Source: Gekko japonicus (taxonomy: Eukaryota). Taken from it: 64,000 bases of DNA. Positions within the stretch are counted from its first letter, which is position 1; the number at the start of each line of letters is the position of its first letter. Shown here piece after piece: positions 12,846 to 26,109 of the stretch. The stretch spans positions 1,009,000 to 1,072,999 of the forward strand of contig NW_015169192.1 of the NCBI RefSeq assembly GCF_001447785.1, given 5' to 3'. The position numbers and the translations under genes are program-made. The notes under the pieces were generated by a model. That model saw only the letters and a program-made list of their open reading frames with translations. It did no database searches and was not told the DNA's origin.

Positions 12846-15800
12846 CAAGGCAAGAGATGCTCAGAAGGGTGTTTTGCCATTGCCTGCCTCTGCTTCCACA
12901 ACCCTGGCATTTCCTTGGAGGTCTCCCATCCATATACTAGCCAGGGCCACCCCCGCTTAGCTTCTGAGAGCTGTCGGCAATACTGAATACTGTTGTGGCA
13001 GATGGAGAGACTTATGAAATAGCTGCTGATCACATTAGTGGGCAGCAGAGCAGCAAGGGAGTTATAGTTACGTGTGTGTTTACTTAAATTTTAATTGGAT
13101 CAGGGGGCTTCTAGAGCAGCACATTGCTACGAGGCAGGCACAGGCATCCACACGCAACCCTCGCATTGCCGAGGGCCCCAAGCGAGCTCTCTGAACAGTG
13201 GCCTGTCGTCTGCCAGCAGCCTTTGTCAAAGGCACTTGCTAAGAGGCGCCGCAACATACAGCTGCCATTGGAGAAGCTACAGTCCTCCTGAGAGTGTCAT
13301 GCCTGAAATCAATATTCATTTTTTTGCCTTGTCAAAGGGGAGAACTTGCTTTGGAGGCATCAGTTACTCAGGCCCCGACACTGGAATCGCTGCTCAAATT
13401 GGGAGGGAGGCAGCTGTTCTCACTGGGCCATTGAATAGCCGTAGTCTGCATTTTCAGCAAAGCGCACCCATTCTGCATGTTCCCCCAAGGAGTGAGACCA
13501 GGATATGCAGATCCTTGGCAGCCTTCATGGGGAGCGGAAGCATGAATAAGAATCCATGCCCTGTATGAGGACAGTGCTGGATAGTTATGGACTCACTGTA
13601 ACCTGTGGACCTGATTGCTAAAGTGTACAGGAACAAGCAGCCAATGGGTTGGATCAGTACTGAACTGGCAGTTTCCATAGATCCCCCCCCCCTTCCCACT
13701 GCAGACCCATCATGTCATTCCTTGGGGTCCCTCAGGAGCATCAATTTGTGGAGGGGGGGGGAGTTCCAGCGGGAGGGAAACAAGAAACCTTCATTCTGCC
13801 ACTGGAAAATTTAGTCTGGATTGAACCCAGTAGTTTCATAGCAGCATCAGTTAGGTATCCTGAATTATTAAATACAGCACTGCGGTCAAATCATGATTGA
13901 TCCTTTCTACTTCTGCGGTGGTCCTTTCCCCCCGTCTCTTTTTCAGCAAACTACTTTCAGCTGCCTCCCACTGAAATCAGTGTGATTGGAGATGCCTTCC
14001 AAGGTGACTTTAGTCGAACTGCGACTGAATTGCCCATTAGTGTCCGTCATCAATGATTAAACCAGGCCAACTCTACACAGAAAGCAATCGCTCCACCTGG
14101 CTTGGCCACAGCCGTGAGATTCACTCCACCACCCAGCAGTCCAAGGCAGCCCTTACAACCTTTCTTGGAGAGCTGCAGTGGGGGGAGGCAAGCAGTTGCA
14201 AGGATTCTTGCAGAGGATCTCCCAGAGGCAGGACACAAATGGTTCAGTCCTTCTGCAGAGAAATGACCCCTTTACAGAAATCAAGTTGTTGCTTCATTGG
14301 GCACAGAGCTCATCATTCAGGAAGGGAAAAGGAAGAGGGCCCCTGGCTTAGCAGGACGCAGGGTGTTGGTGTAGCATAGGGGTTAGATTATCAGAGTAGG
14401 ACCTGGGAGACCCACTTCCCACCTTGCCATGAAATTCACGAAATGATCTCGGGCAAGTCACACTCTTCTTGGAGCTGTTATGATGATAAAATGGGAAAAG
14501 AAAGACCATGTATGCTGCCCTGAGCTCATCAGAGGAAAAGTGGCATAAAAATTTACTAGACAGATAACATGCTGGCTCAATGAGGATTGTACAAAACTAC
14601 ACAGAAGACTGTTGAGAAGAGCCTCTTTCCTGCTCTTGTGTGTGATGCTGTAATGTCATAGAGCCTTCGGGGTAGGGCGGGATATAAATTCAAAGCAGCT
14701 GAATATCTGCAACAACCAAGGAAATAATTGGTTTGACAAAACCCAAGAATGGCAGTGGAAGCTCTGTGCTGTAGAAAGTTTGGGCAGTCAATGGCACAAG
14801 GAATGGGGGAGGGAGATGGAACGTGCCAGGGACTGTGGGTGGCCATTGTGGGTCTGTGACCACCCTACTTTCTCCCGATCCAACAGTTCTCTAACAGCAG
14901 TGCAAAGGTTATTCTAAGCAACATGCTCGGAATTACTGAAATTGTATTGCTCCATAGGGAAAACGTAAGGATTCTAACAGTTTTCTACTTGGAAGTTTTG
15001 CCGGCTCTGTTCCTTTTGTCAAAGCACGGTGAAAAAGGGCAACATTGATTTTATGAAGCTAGCACAATAATGCTTCCATCCCCAAGAGCAGTGTCCTCGA
15101 GCAGACAATTGTATTTTGATCAAAATCTAAGCTGCCTCTGATGAGCACCTATTTGCATACTTTGCAAAGATGAGACATCTAAGAGACGCATCTAGACATC
15201 TGTATTATTGATGCAGCACATTGCTGCAAAGAAAATGAACTGATTCTAATTAGACAAGAGGTTAGGGTAATATCTAACAGCATTTACAACAGGCATGGTG
15301 CAATTCCATAAACTTATACTGAATAACAAGTTTGCCTTTTAATCAGCAACTTGTCTAATTATTGCCTGGTCCCTGGAAAGGGTTCAGAACCTCAAGCTTT
15401 ATTTACTCCTCTATTGTGTTATTTTGCAATTCATCTGCCCAAGAAAATTCACTTCCTCAGGTATCCTAATGAGATACCTGGCTCTAGGTCATGACTGCAA
15501 CATTTATCTTATTGATGGGTTTACTTCTCTAGCTATCATAAGAGCTCAAATTTAACAACTGCATGCATAGGAATAATACATACGCAACCTTTACATTTGC
15601 ATAATGGAACAGAAACAATTAAAAAATATTCTATGGTATAACAACTAGGTAGCATTAGTTGTTTATTGTCGGCTGGAATGACTTGGGTTTTCCTCTCACT
15701 CTGGGTTTCCAGTCCTTTGATAATGAATAATGTGCTTAACTTACTCAAAGATGTTCTTCAGAACTTCCAGGCAAAATAACATTTAGGGACTGTAACAGCC

Positions 15801-16930
15801 AAGGCCATGTTTCAGTGCTCACTTGCAGTGTAATGCTAAACAGAACTGCACCCTTCCAAATCCACTGAAGCCAATGGGCTTAGAAGGATGTTACACTTTT
15901 TAAGATTGCACTGTTAGGGCACCTGATAACACAGGAAACCCAGCTTGGGGGTACCTGGAATAGTGGGCAAAAAAAATTAATTAGTTTGCTACTGGCATAT
16001 ACTTGTGTCCTAAGATTTAGAACACAGCCAGGTTGTTACAGTGGCATTTGATTTGTTTCAGGGTCCAGTTCATAGTGCTGGTTTTGCCCTACATGGCTTC
16101 TATCAGGGATCCGAATGTTCACCTCCCATATGAACCTACCCGTCCCGAGGGCATCGCAGCCAGCTCTGCTCTGAGTGGCCCTGTTGTTGGGTTGTTGTTG
16201 GATTGTCTTTGCTGGGGCCTTATTTCTTGGTGCTTGGGGGGGGGGGGGCAAACAGGGGAAGGGCTTCTAGTGCCCTGGCCCCACTGCTGCACCTCCTGAT
16301 GGCACCGGGTATTTCTGGCTACTGTGTGACAAAGTGTTGGACTGGATGGGCCATTGGCTTCTCTTATGTTCTTATTAAAGGCCCCACTTAAAGACTCTTG
16401 GGGCAGGCTCAAATTTGTCCATAATTGGACAATTCGGGGGGGGGGGCTAGTCATTTACAGCTTGTGTGAGATTTAAGACTGGCATGGAGTGCAAATCCCA
16501 GCTTCATATCTGGAGCAGCATTTCATTGAAATTTGTAATGTTAGTCCAAGAAAAACTATCCGAATGCCCAGCTCTAGAGTCCCAGGGGATCTCCTATCAT
16601 GGCCCTATACAGCCAAGGAGGCGATTTGATAAATCCATGGACATAGTTTGACTAGGATAGGAGCTCACCAAAAAACACATGATTTAAGACTATCTACATA
16701 CAGTAACACTACTGTCTTGGCTGGGACTTATTACAATCCACACATATAATAAGTGCTGTAAAAAAAAAATCCCAAAGTTAGTTGCCTGGATGTAGCATTC
16801 AAAAGCAGTCCATTTCTCTTAGGAAAACAGGAAGACTGGGCTTCATTACAGCAAACTGTACTGAAGAACAAGCTGGTTATCAAAGTGACAATGGCCTAAT
16901 GCTTGTTCCTTACCATCTAACAGCCATGAC

Positions 16931-17136
16931 CAATGTTCCCTCTAAGCTGTGGAGTCTTGTGAGCAAAAATTCTGCTTTGTGAGTTACTGGCTTTAAAGTT
17001 GTGAGCGAGCGATTTGGCTACTGCATAAATCAGTTTGCTCTGGAGCCATCCTTCCTGAGCTAAGACAAAAATCTGTGAGCTGGAGGCTAAAAAATTGTGA
17101 GCTAGTTCACACTAACTCAGCTTAGAGGGAACACTG
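16931..17136 (+). mobile_element. ~206-bp hAT MITE
   Basis: TIRs CAATGTTCCCTCTAAGCTG / CAGCTTAGAGGGAACACTG, perfect TSD GCCATGAC. Confidence 0.9.
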
Positions 17137-17624
17137 GCCATGACCTGACTGAATATGCCAGCTAGGGAGAGACCTGTGGGAGTTTGCACTCACATGTCCT
17201 CCTCATTTAAATTGGGCCTTGATATGTGCAAAAGGTAGGGGTGTTGGAGTGAGCGATTCAGCACACCTGGACATTGGGGGGCACTACATGACTCTAAGTA
17301 CACATAGGTATTATCTCCTTGAATGGGATGTCTCTCTTTGTCTTAACCTGGGAGCTGCCCTCTGACCCCTCCTCTCTCCCTGTGTTCTTTGTTCTTCCCA
17401 CTCTGCACATGGCTTTTCATGGAGTCAGATATCTCTACAGGGTTCTCCTGTAGAAACAATGTCCTCATACTCCCATACACAGGATGCCGGATTAGCTGGA
17501 CATTTGTGACAGGGAAAGTACTCTTTAGGCTTCTCTTTCTCCTTTTGACTCCAACCTGAATGGGAACTGAATCTACTTGAATAAATGCCAGTTTTTACTT
17601 TTTTACAATATACTTCTTGGGAGA

Positions 17625-17630
17625 TTTATT
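17625..17630 (-). terminator. Candidate polyadenylation signal for a long HTR2C 3' UTR
   Basis: AATAAA on the minus strand at the distal end of an AT-rich, mostly repeat-poor tract downstream of the stop. Alternatives lie at 20542-20547 and 18785-18790. Confidence 0.25.
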
Positions 17631-20600
17631 TACTGCACTCGGTATCATGCTTCTATGACTGGGCAAACTTTGCTATATTAACCAAATATCCAATAAGGGG
17701 AACATACCTACGTTAGATTTTATAATTTAGAGACATTCCCTTCTATATAAAATTGTTGAAGAATTGTTATTTTGAGGACATGCCCTAAGATTACATGACC
17801 AAGATGTTTTAGTTTGCTCTCTGTATCAAAGTTTTTAAAGCCATTAATCATTCTGTTCATCTTTACCTGTGGACCCAAAAAATTAGAATATGAAGGAGGC
17901 GTTTGCTGACCTGGCTGCTACCCTTGAGCTGGTTAATCGTAGGAATGCTGTGAATTTCACATCAAACATGTTTGACAATCACACTTACCATTTTTGACTG
18001 TGATGGTCAGCAAGTGGGCTACATGAGAATGTGCACATGCAAAAAGCCAGTTGTGCTGTACTGCACTGCTAGGAAGGAATATGGTACAGCAAGCTGCCAA
18101 AGAATCATGGATGATTCAAAGAAAAGACAATAGTGGATTAAAAAATGGGCTTTTTGTTCACAACCAGCGAACATGATATGAGCTGAACAGCGGATGTTCA
18201 AGCATCCCTAGTTAATAGTTGTCTAACCCTGAATCACCAAAACTAAAACAGAATATGCCACCTCACTGGCCTTTAACCACTGCTATAATCGTGCCCTTTT
18301 CCCACAATGAATTTGGATACCTTCACTGAGGACTACTCGCCCACAAAACCTTTCTTTCAGCCACTCTGGAGTGACTGCCTTTGCAATATAGTTAACAGGA
18401 AACAGAATAACCTGGTTCGTTGCTTCTGCTAAAGAGACGCAGGATGAGAAAGGCAAGGTCCCCAGGGAGATTGAGGAAAGCATTAAAAAGAAAGGACCAG
18501 TAACAATGAAGCAACAAAGGAACATTAGACACCAGAGAACTGGCACCTGGTTTTATGATAACAGTAATACAAGAGGAGCAATGTAGATTATTGGCAAAAC
18601 CCAGCCCATTGGTGAATCCTTCAGTTAACAAACATGGGCCCAAATGTGGTTTCCAAAAGGTCAAAACATCTTGGCTGAAATTTCATTATCCATATGAGAA
18701 CAGCTGATGATGGTACTAAAAAAAAATCGGCACATAGGTAATATAAACGATATGACCCATACATATTATGCCAATGTCCATATATTTATTTTACACAATT
18801 TGTTCAGCTCCTACTTGTCATGCAAAGGGTCAAGGTGCTTTGCAGAACCCTGAAGGCCAGACCCTTGAGAAGTCTCCCTCAGACCTCTTCCAGTCACCAA
18901 CATGCTTCCAGTTCTGTTGTCGTAGACATAGGGACTAGAAACTTGTTCTCTTTTTAAAAAAATCAAATGAACACTGAAATTCGCAGAACAGCAAACTCTG
19001 CAATCTATACCAAATTCTATGTTCTCATGCACTTGCTTTGAATCAATGCACCTCGACTAATAACAGAGGCTGTAGTTCTGGTTGCTCTTTTGCCAGCAAA
19101 AGCTTCTTGGATCGGAGCGAATAAAGGCAAAATTGACCCTCTTGACTTCCCTGAGTAATAAGTGACTACATTTTAGGATTTTTAAATTTTTTGCAAACAT
19201 ACACGATCACAACTCTCAGCTCCGCCCACTTATGTTCAGTGCCCTTAATCCCCAGGTCCAGAAGATAAATAACTTCTGCTGCTCTCATACTTCCAGCCAA
19301 CTAGCTCTGCCCTTTGAAAGAGACCCGCCTCCCACTGGAATGATGGGTGAAGCAACAGAGATGGGGAATGCAACGCCTCCTCCAAATGTTTGCAACAACA
19401 CAGCATACCTGAACTAAAAAAAAACAACAGAAAGGAGAAACACATTCAAAGCAGCTGCTTCCTCTTTGGATGACTTTCTGTATTTCTGGAAAAATGGTTT
19501 AGCTCTGTGTATGAGTGGCTATTAGCCACAAGATATTGATGGAAAGCTATGCAGTGATTCTCTGCATTCTTGCTTCTTAGGGAACCTTCCACTGGTGGAC
19601 CTCCTGATGGCACCTAGGTTTTGGCCACTGTGCGAAATAGAGTGTTAGACTGGATGGGCCATTGGCCTGATCCAGCATGGCCTCTCATGTTCTTAAATTA
19701 ATGATAATGCAACCACCAAAAATGAAATAATTTCCAGAGTGGCAAGCCTATAAATATTGATATGATTAATCAACTAATGCTTTTAATCAAACATCAACAT
19801 CTGCTCCTCTTTCCTGTTGCTTTATGGGAATGGCAACGCCCAGTGACCCAGGAGCTCTTGAAAGTTTGTTTCTGTGCAGGCCTCCCAGAGGCATAAATCT
19901 CCTCTTCCTGGCACCAGATTTGCTATACAAGATACATGTGAATGGTTCCTCTTTATCGCTGGCATCTAAAGCCAGCAGAGTAACTGTGAGATTGATCCCC
20001 CACAGCTATTCTCATAACACTCACCGACTTGTGCTTCCTTTCACTACAGTGTTCTGCCCCATCAAAAACAGTCTTGTCGATCTCTCCCCAGCCTGCACAT
20101 CTGGCCCCTGGGCAAGCTCTAATTACAGGAAATAGGAAATGCAAGTTAATTGCATCTCCTGTCCCCTGCCCTCTCTTTGTCGTGCCCCCAAATGGCTTTT
20201 ACAGACAGTTCCTTCTTGGGGAGCTAGACAGTGGGTACAAACTCACTGGAAAACTACTCTGATCACTTATTTTTCCACTTAACAGTCCTTAGAAATGACA
20301 CTCTCTCCTTTCTAGCCCAAATTCCACCACTTGCTTTTAATTCTGCTGATACTTTCCCTATCAATGAAGTTGGGTATTGGAAAGTCCTGATCAGCCCCAC
20401 TGGCACAAACATTTTGATTTTTCTTGAATCTTGGCTGGTTACAGTATTTTCCTTTGTGACTCATACCAGAGGAAGGTTTCGTATGATTTTATCCAGTATT
20501 TACAATCAATGTCGGAATATATTGGCCAAGCCCATACCCCTTTTATTTGATATGCGACTACTCATAATGGACCACTGAGGACTCCAAAAAAGTACCACCT

Positions 20601-20944
20601 GAGATTAATAGTCAGCATTTTGCTCATGCACCGGAAAAATAAAAATGAAAAGGTCAACATTTTAAAAGCAAAATAAGGGACCCCGTTTTGGATCTGTTAC
20701 TCACTGTTCCTCCAGAGGCCCTTCCTGCTCTGCTCCCAACAGTAAATACAGATCCTGGTTAAGAATGACGGAAAGCAATGAGCTACAAAGGTGAAGTTTT
20801 AAATTAAAAAAAGGCTTTGTTCAGAATGCATTATTTACATCGTTCTTGGACTAATACACATACTTTTTGTTTTGTTTTTTACACAAGAGCTGTCCCTAGC
20901 TGCGCCACGACAAAATCCAGGGAATTGGAGCTGCTCCTGTCCCC

Positions 20945-21771
20945 TTACACACTACTGGTCTTTTTGCCACTGCAGCTATTTATTGAAAGCTCGGAGGTCC
21001 CCACGTGCATTTCCAGAGCATCCTCGGTCTCATCCAGCTCCAGGCTATTCAGTTCATTGCCATTGCGGTAACTGTTTAAATTAAGGTCTTTCCCATACAA
21101 AGCTGTCGAAGAGACGTTGGGGCACTGATTGTGCCTCTGTACTGACTTTTTGCTGCTGGTATAGCGGCAGCGGATGTAGTTAGAGAATGCCCTGCGGTAG
21201 ATTTTGTTGAAAAGTGTGTATACCAGGGGGTTGACCCCAGAGCAGATGTAACCCACCCAAACAAAGACGTCCAGAAGCTCCCCAAGAAGAGCCTCATCAC
21301 AAGCTTCTTTGCAGAGAACGGACATGATGTTAGTGATGAAAAATGGACACCACATGATGAGGAACAAAAAGAAGACGATGCCCAAGACCTTGGAGGCTCT
21401 CCGCTCGTTGTTGATGGACTGCATGGTGCCCTTCCGGAAAAGCACGGCTTCTTTGTTCACGGGAGAGTTTAAGTGGGAGGCAGCCTCGTGGTTCTGCAGC
21501 ATGGAAAGGTTCTCCGTGTTGTTCTCTTTCTTGAGGCAGTTCATGCTGCTTCGCCTCTGCTTGGGGGCCTCCCCATACATGAACACCGAGGCCTGCTTCT
21601 GCAGGACCTGAATGGTCAGGCAGTACGCAAACACCATGATAATGAGAGGAATGAAGAACGCCACAAAGGAGCCAATGAGGACAAAGTTTTCATCGTTCAG
21701 GACGCAGCTTCCATTCACGAACACCCGAGAATCATCTTGCAAGCCGATTACTGGGATGGGCAACGAGATCC
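20945..21771 (-). CDS. HTR2C: 5-HT2C receptor, last coding exon (ECL2, TM5-TM7, C-tail)
   Basis: Polypyrimidine tract and tttag|GGATC acceptor at 21772/21771. Encodes GISLPIPVIGL...NFVLIGSFVAFFIP...GTMQSINNERRASKVLGIVFF...MWCPFFITN...NPLVYTLFNKIYRRAFSNY...TSSV, with TAA at 20947-20945. Joined CDS is 388+201+827=1416 nt, or 471 aa. Confidence 0.95.
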
Positions 21772-22349
21772 CTAAACGAGCCGTTGCAAGAGGAGAGACA
21801 GAAAGCAAAAAGTGTTAGCTTAATTAGATTGGTTGCAGCAACCCAGTCTGTAAGTTTGGGATTGGAAACGATTGCACTTTACAATGACCTTTCCCATCCA
21901 CTCGCACATTGCTGTCCTGAACACCATTGCTCCATTACCTCTCCAGCAGGTTACCTCCCACTCTCACCCCTACTTTAGAAGTTCTAGGTGTACCATCTTG
22001 AGATTTCAAAGATAAACAAAAACAGGAAAAAGATTACTGAGGAACCTCTTAAGCACTCTTCAACCAACTAGGAGATCTTATTGGAAGTGAACTGAATTAT
22101 TACAGCATGTTGTCACTAATGGAACAATTCTAAAAAAGTTGTCATGCCTTGTTCCACTAGGGGGCTCCATAACCCCAATGAGAAAATGACCAACCATCTT
22201 GAATTTTCAGGACCTAAATCTTTTTCTCCTTTTTTTTTTGTTGCAAAAGCCAGCAGCCCAATTTTTCTCCTTCATGTTTAGCTGCATCTTTTATTGACAG
22301 TCCAGGATGCAAATATTGTTCCATCCAAGCACAGACGAACAGCAACTGC

Positions 22350-22518
22350 CAATAGAACAAAGTTTGAGTCCAGTGGAACCTTTAAGACCAACAAAGTTTA
22401 ATACTAGGTAGGTATAAGCTTTCATGTGCATGCACACTTCACACACACAAACGCTTATACCCAGAATTGAACTTTGTTGGTCTTGAAGGTGTTACTGGGC
22501 TCGAAGTTTGTTCTATTG
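22350..22518. mobile_element. Inverted pair of Penelope-like terminal-repeat fragments
   Basis: Left arm aatagaacaaagtttgagtccagtgg...tataagctttc is the reverse complement of the right arm gcttataccc...gtttgttctatt. Related copies at 27983-28075 and 42829-42920. Confidence 0.7.
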
Positions 22519-22657
22519 CTTCAGACCAACATGGCCATGGCTTCAGACCAACATGACCCACCTGAATCTAGCAATTGCCAATGACATCCATCCATCCTGA
22601 CACAGACGGACAAGGTTGGTACAAGGGTACTGGTGGTGCATGTGGTGGCAGAGAAGC

Positions 22658-23265
22658 TAGGGCTACCAACCTCAAGGTGGGGTCTGGAGTTCTCTCAGAA
22701 TTACTAGTCTCCAGTAGGGTTGCCAACCCCCCCCCCGGTTTGCCAGGGGTCCCCCATTTTGGGGAAGCCCCACCCCCAACACCTACAGCCACCCATCTCT
22801 CTCCCTTTAAGGGTGTGCAACCCATGTTTCATCCCAAGCGCGAACTCCGCAAGCTTGCAGGGAAAAGCCAGCTTCGTTCTTAAAAGGGAAACACAGCTTC
22901 TCTTAAAGGGGAAACGCCAGCTGCTGGCTACTTTAAGTGCAGGGAACTACTGTTTCTGGAGATCCGGCGCATGGCGGGGTGGGGTGGGGTGGCGGCAGGC
23001 GTCCCCAATGTGATGTCATCAAGTTGGGGATGCCCCACCCCTTCCAGAAACGCCACCAAAGTCCCCCGCTGGGGATGGAAGATGGACTTGGCAACCCTAG
23101 TCTCCAAACTATAGAGATCACTTCCCCTAGAGGAAATGACAGCTTTGGAGGGCAGCTGTAGGGCATCACATACCCAGTGAGCTCCTCCCCCTCCCCAGAC
23201 TCTGCCTTCCCTAGGCACTACCCCCAAATCTCCAGGAATTTCCAAAGCTGGAGTTGGTAACCCCA
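22658..23265. mobile_element. hAT-type MITE containing a second nested MITE (22715-23099)
   Basis: Outer ends TAGGGCTACCAAC / GTTGGTAACCCCA with TSD AGAGAAGC / GGAGAAGC. Inner ends TAGGGTTGCCAA / TTGGCAACCCTA with TSD GTCTCCAG / GTCTCCAA. Confidence 0.85.
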
Positions 23266-26109
23266 GGAGAAGCAAACTCTCTACCAGCCTGCCCCATTAA
23301 TTCTGTGGGATGAAGAGGGCACCCCACAAAGCTTTTAGGAATTAGACCTGGCCACTGTTCTCTTGCATGGTGTCCAGACAGGGAATGCAGCCTGCTTCTG
23401 TACACAGAGACACATGCAGTGATTCCCGTTGTTCCCAGCCACAGGTGAGTTAATAACCTCGACTTGCAAAACTCTGCAAAACAAAATCAGTAGGTCTGCA
23501 CCAAGAAAATGTATGCAAGTAGCAAACTTTAAGCAATTAAGCAAAAAGGCATACTTTGGCTTATTGGCTATAATTTGGTTGCAGAATTTATGCAATTTTT
23601 CAATGGCGCAGAGTAACGAGGGGCCCTTTCGAAAAGGCCTCCAATCTCACTTGCTGTTCTAAAAAGTGGCTCCTTCGCAACTCCAGGAGGCCACAAATGC
23701 TTACATAGCTGTGACTGTGCTCTTCAAGCATTTGGGTTTTTTTCCTTGGCAATTTGGCCAGCTGCTTTGATCAATGAATGTTTGTAAGCAGATGTTCCTC
23801 ACCAACTCGCTTCCCAGTTAACTATAACACACAAGTGCTCTCTGAGGCCAGCTCGTAAAAGAACATAGCAACCAGTTCCAAATGAGACAGAGCTGGTGTG
23901 TGTGTGTGTGTGTGGGGGGAGAACAGTTCCCAAGGCACATATTGGACAGGGGGGAAATGAGACCCCCCCAACAGATAAAATACCTGTGCTCATAAGCTTT
24001 TTATAGAGTTTACGATGTAACTTTCTTAGGCAAAAACCGGTGGGAGCAACACAGATGGCAAGAATGAGCAAACCATCAATATATATAAAAAGCCCAGTGT
24101 TCCCAGTGTTCTGTGACACTCAAATGTAACCAAGAATCAGGACTGCAGCTGGAACTGTTGCAAAAGTAGAAGGAGCCGGATTAATTCTTTCCAGCTGGGC
24201 CCATCTTGTCCAAGCAGGTAGGAAGGATTAATCCCCAACTCAGTGATAGTTTCAAGTGGACAACTTCTTTCTGCCTTCAAAACAAATGCTTGCGGAGTGT
24301 TTCTAGAAATGCTGAACTTGGGGGCAAACCTTCTCAGTATCTCTTACCACTGGAAATCCCAACTCTCATAGTCCCTGCAAGGGGTGCAGCGTGTGTCTAT
24401 ACACAGAATTGCACCTGGCTCCTTCAAGGTCATCTGAAATGTACAGGTCATTTGGACATGTTGCTAGTTTCATAAGGAGAGGGGGCCAAGAAGGGAAAAG
24501 TGATTTCTGTTTCATCTTGTAATGTCGCTTCAAATCCTATCAAAAGATTTAAATCTCAGGACAACAGACAAGAAACACTCCATATATGACCTTTTCTTCT
24601 ACATGGATACCACAGATCTATAATCTGGGTTTAAAAAGGGTTCGTAGTTACAGATGATGCTGGATCTGTGGTTTGGGGTGGGACATTATTTTAATATGTC
24701 TAGATAGGAGGACTTTCATGTGGTTGCACTCCAGTTCAGACACTCTCTCCCTAGACTTATTAGCTTGGTGCCATTTCTGTAGTCATTTATTACTTTTCTT
24801 TAAGATCGTTTGGGGTAGCATATACATAGTGCTCTCTTCCTCCCACCTGTAAGCCACATAAGAACGCAAGAAGTGACCTGATAGATCAAACCAGCGGTCT
24901 ATCTAATCCAGCATCCCTATTCCACACAGTGACCCACCAGTTGCCTTGGCGTGCCAAACCAGGCATAGAAGCCAAGATCTTTCTAGGTGTTGCCTTCTAG
25001 CACTGGAATTCAGAGATCTACCACCTCTGGGGCTTCCTTTAGTCACCATGACTAGCAGACAAGGACGGACCTCTCCTCCATTAATGTATCTAATCATCTT
25101 CTGTGTCCATCTATGCTACTGGCCATCACTATGTCTACTGCAAGGCTGAGACCCTGGAGAGCCACTGTCAGTCTGAGTAGACAATACTTACTTTGATGGA
25201 CCAAGGGCCCGATTCAGTAGAAGACAACTGCATGTGACTTTCCCCAGGCAAAATCCAAAACACCAATCCATCTGCCACACTTGCTCCCTCTGCCCTCTTC
25301 TCCCCCATGTTTTGGTGGCTGGCGATTAAATGAGTTTCCATTTGTCTTTACAGTTCCTGTTGCTCTTTCACATTGTTCTTGTAAACCTTTCAACTGATTT
25401 AAAAAACCCCAACAACAACAAAGAATATATCCTGACTTACATTTAATATTATTTGCTGCTACTCTTTCATCTGGTATTGGTTTTAATTTCATTGCTTTTT
25501 AAAATTCATCACACTAGAACTTTTGTAATTTGCCCTGACAATCAAGTTAGGTGGAAGGGAGGAAGAAAAAAGGTTCCAAGAAGCAAATAAACAAAAAGAG
25601 CTCCACATATCTCTTGGCACTCACAAATGAGGATGCTGTGAACCGTGGAATTAAAGGCTGTAGGACCAGGCCAAAAACCACTTTTTCAGACCGGAGGGGG
25701 GGGGGGACACACAAGTAATTGCTGGAAGGGAGGGCAAAATTCTCAGCCAGGTTCAGAAGGGGGTTCGAGCACTGTACTGACAGCAAATGTGTGCTACTTG
25801 CACAACCACTATCCCACTGGCTTTGATTTGACCAGCTACAGCCAATAAAGTCCTTCAGCAGGGCAAATCAAAGACAATGGGATAATGGTTGTGTGAACAT
25901 TATAAATGATGCCCGAGGTTGAATTATTATGTTTAATAACTTTCTGAGCAATGAAAAAGAAAGGCCTTCAATTTCCCAGCAATAATCCATTACCATCCGT
26001 CATTTGCACCAAAGTTAATTTAAGTTCACAGAATTCTTCTTTTCTTTCTTTCCTTTTTTAAACAGAAGCCCTGAAAATGGTAGCTAATGCAAAAGTAAGA
26101 ATGGCTTAC

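Larger units (their letters stand above)
12264..12972 (-). mobile_element. 5S rRNA-headed SINE with BovB-like tail (5S-Sauria-like), split by nested insertions
   Basis: (GGT)n tail and 3' part at 12264-12350. Remainder including the 5S-like head at about 12845-12972. Homologous to 29738-29953. Confidence 0.7.

Noticed and set aside
1-14900. Exons of the expected neighbour IL13RA2
   Set aside because: No cytokine-receptor-like translation is visible. The isolated GAG|GTAAGG at about 1697 is unsupported.
21772-21808. MLSVSPLATARL at the start of ORF 20945-21808
   Set aside because: It is the intronic polypyrimidine tract upstream of the AG acceptor.
21309-21818. Plus-strand ORFs overlapping the last HTR2C exon
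   Set aside because: They are antisense shadows of a coding exon with no independent similarity.
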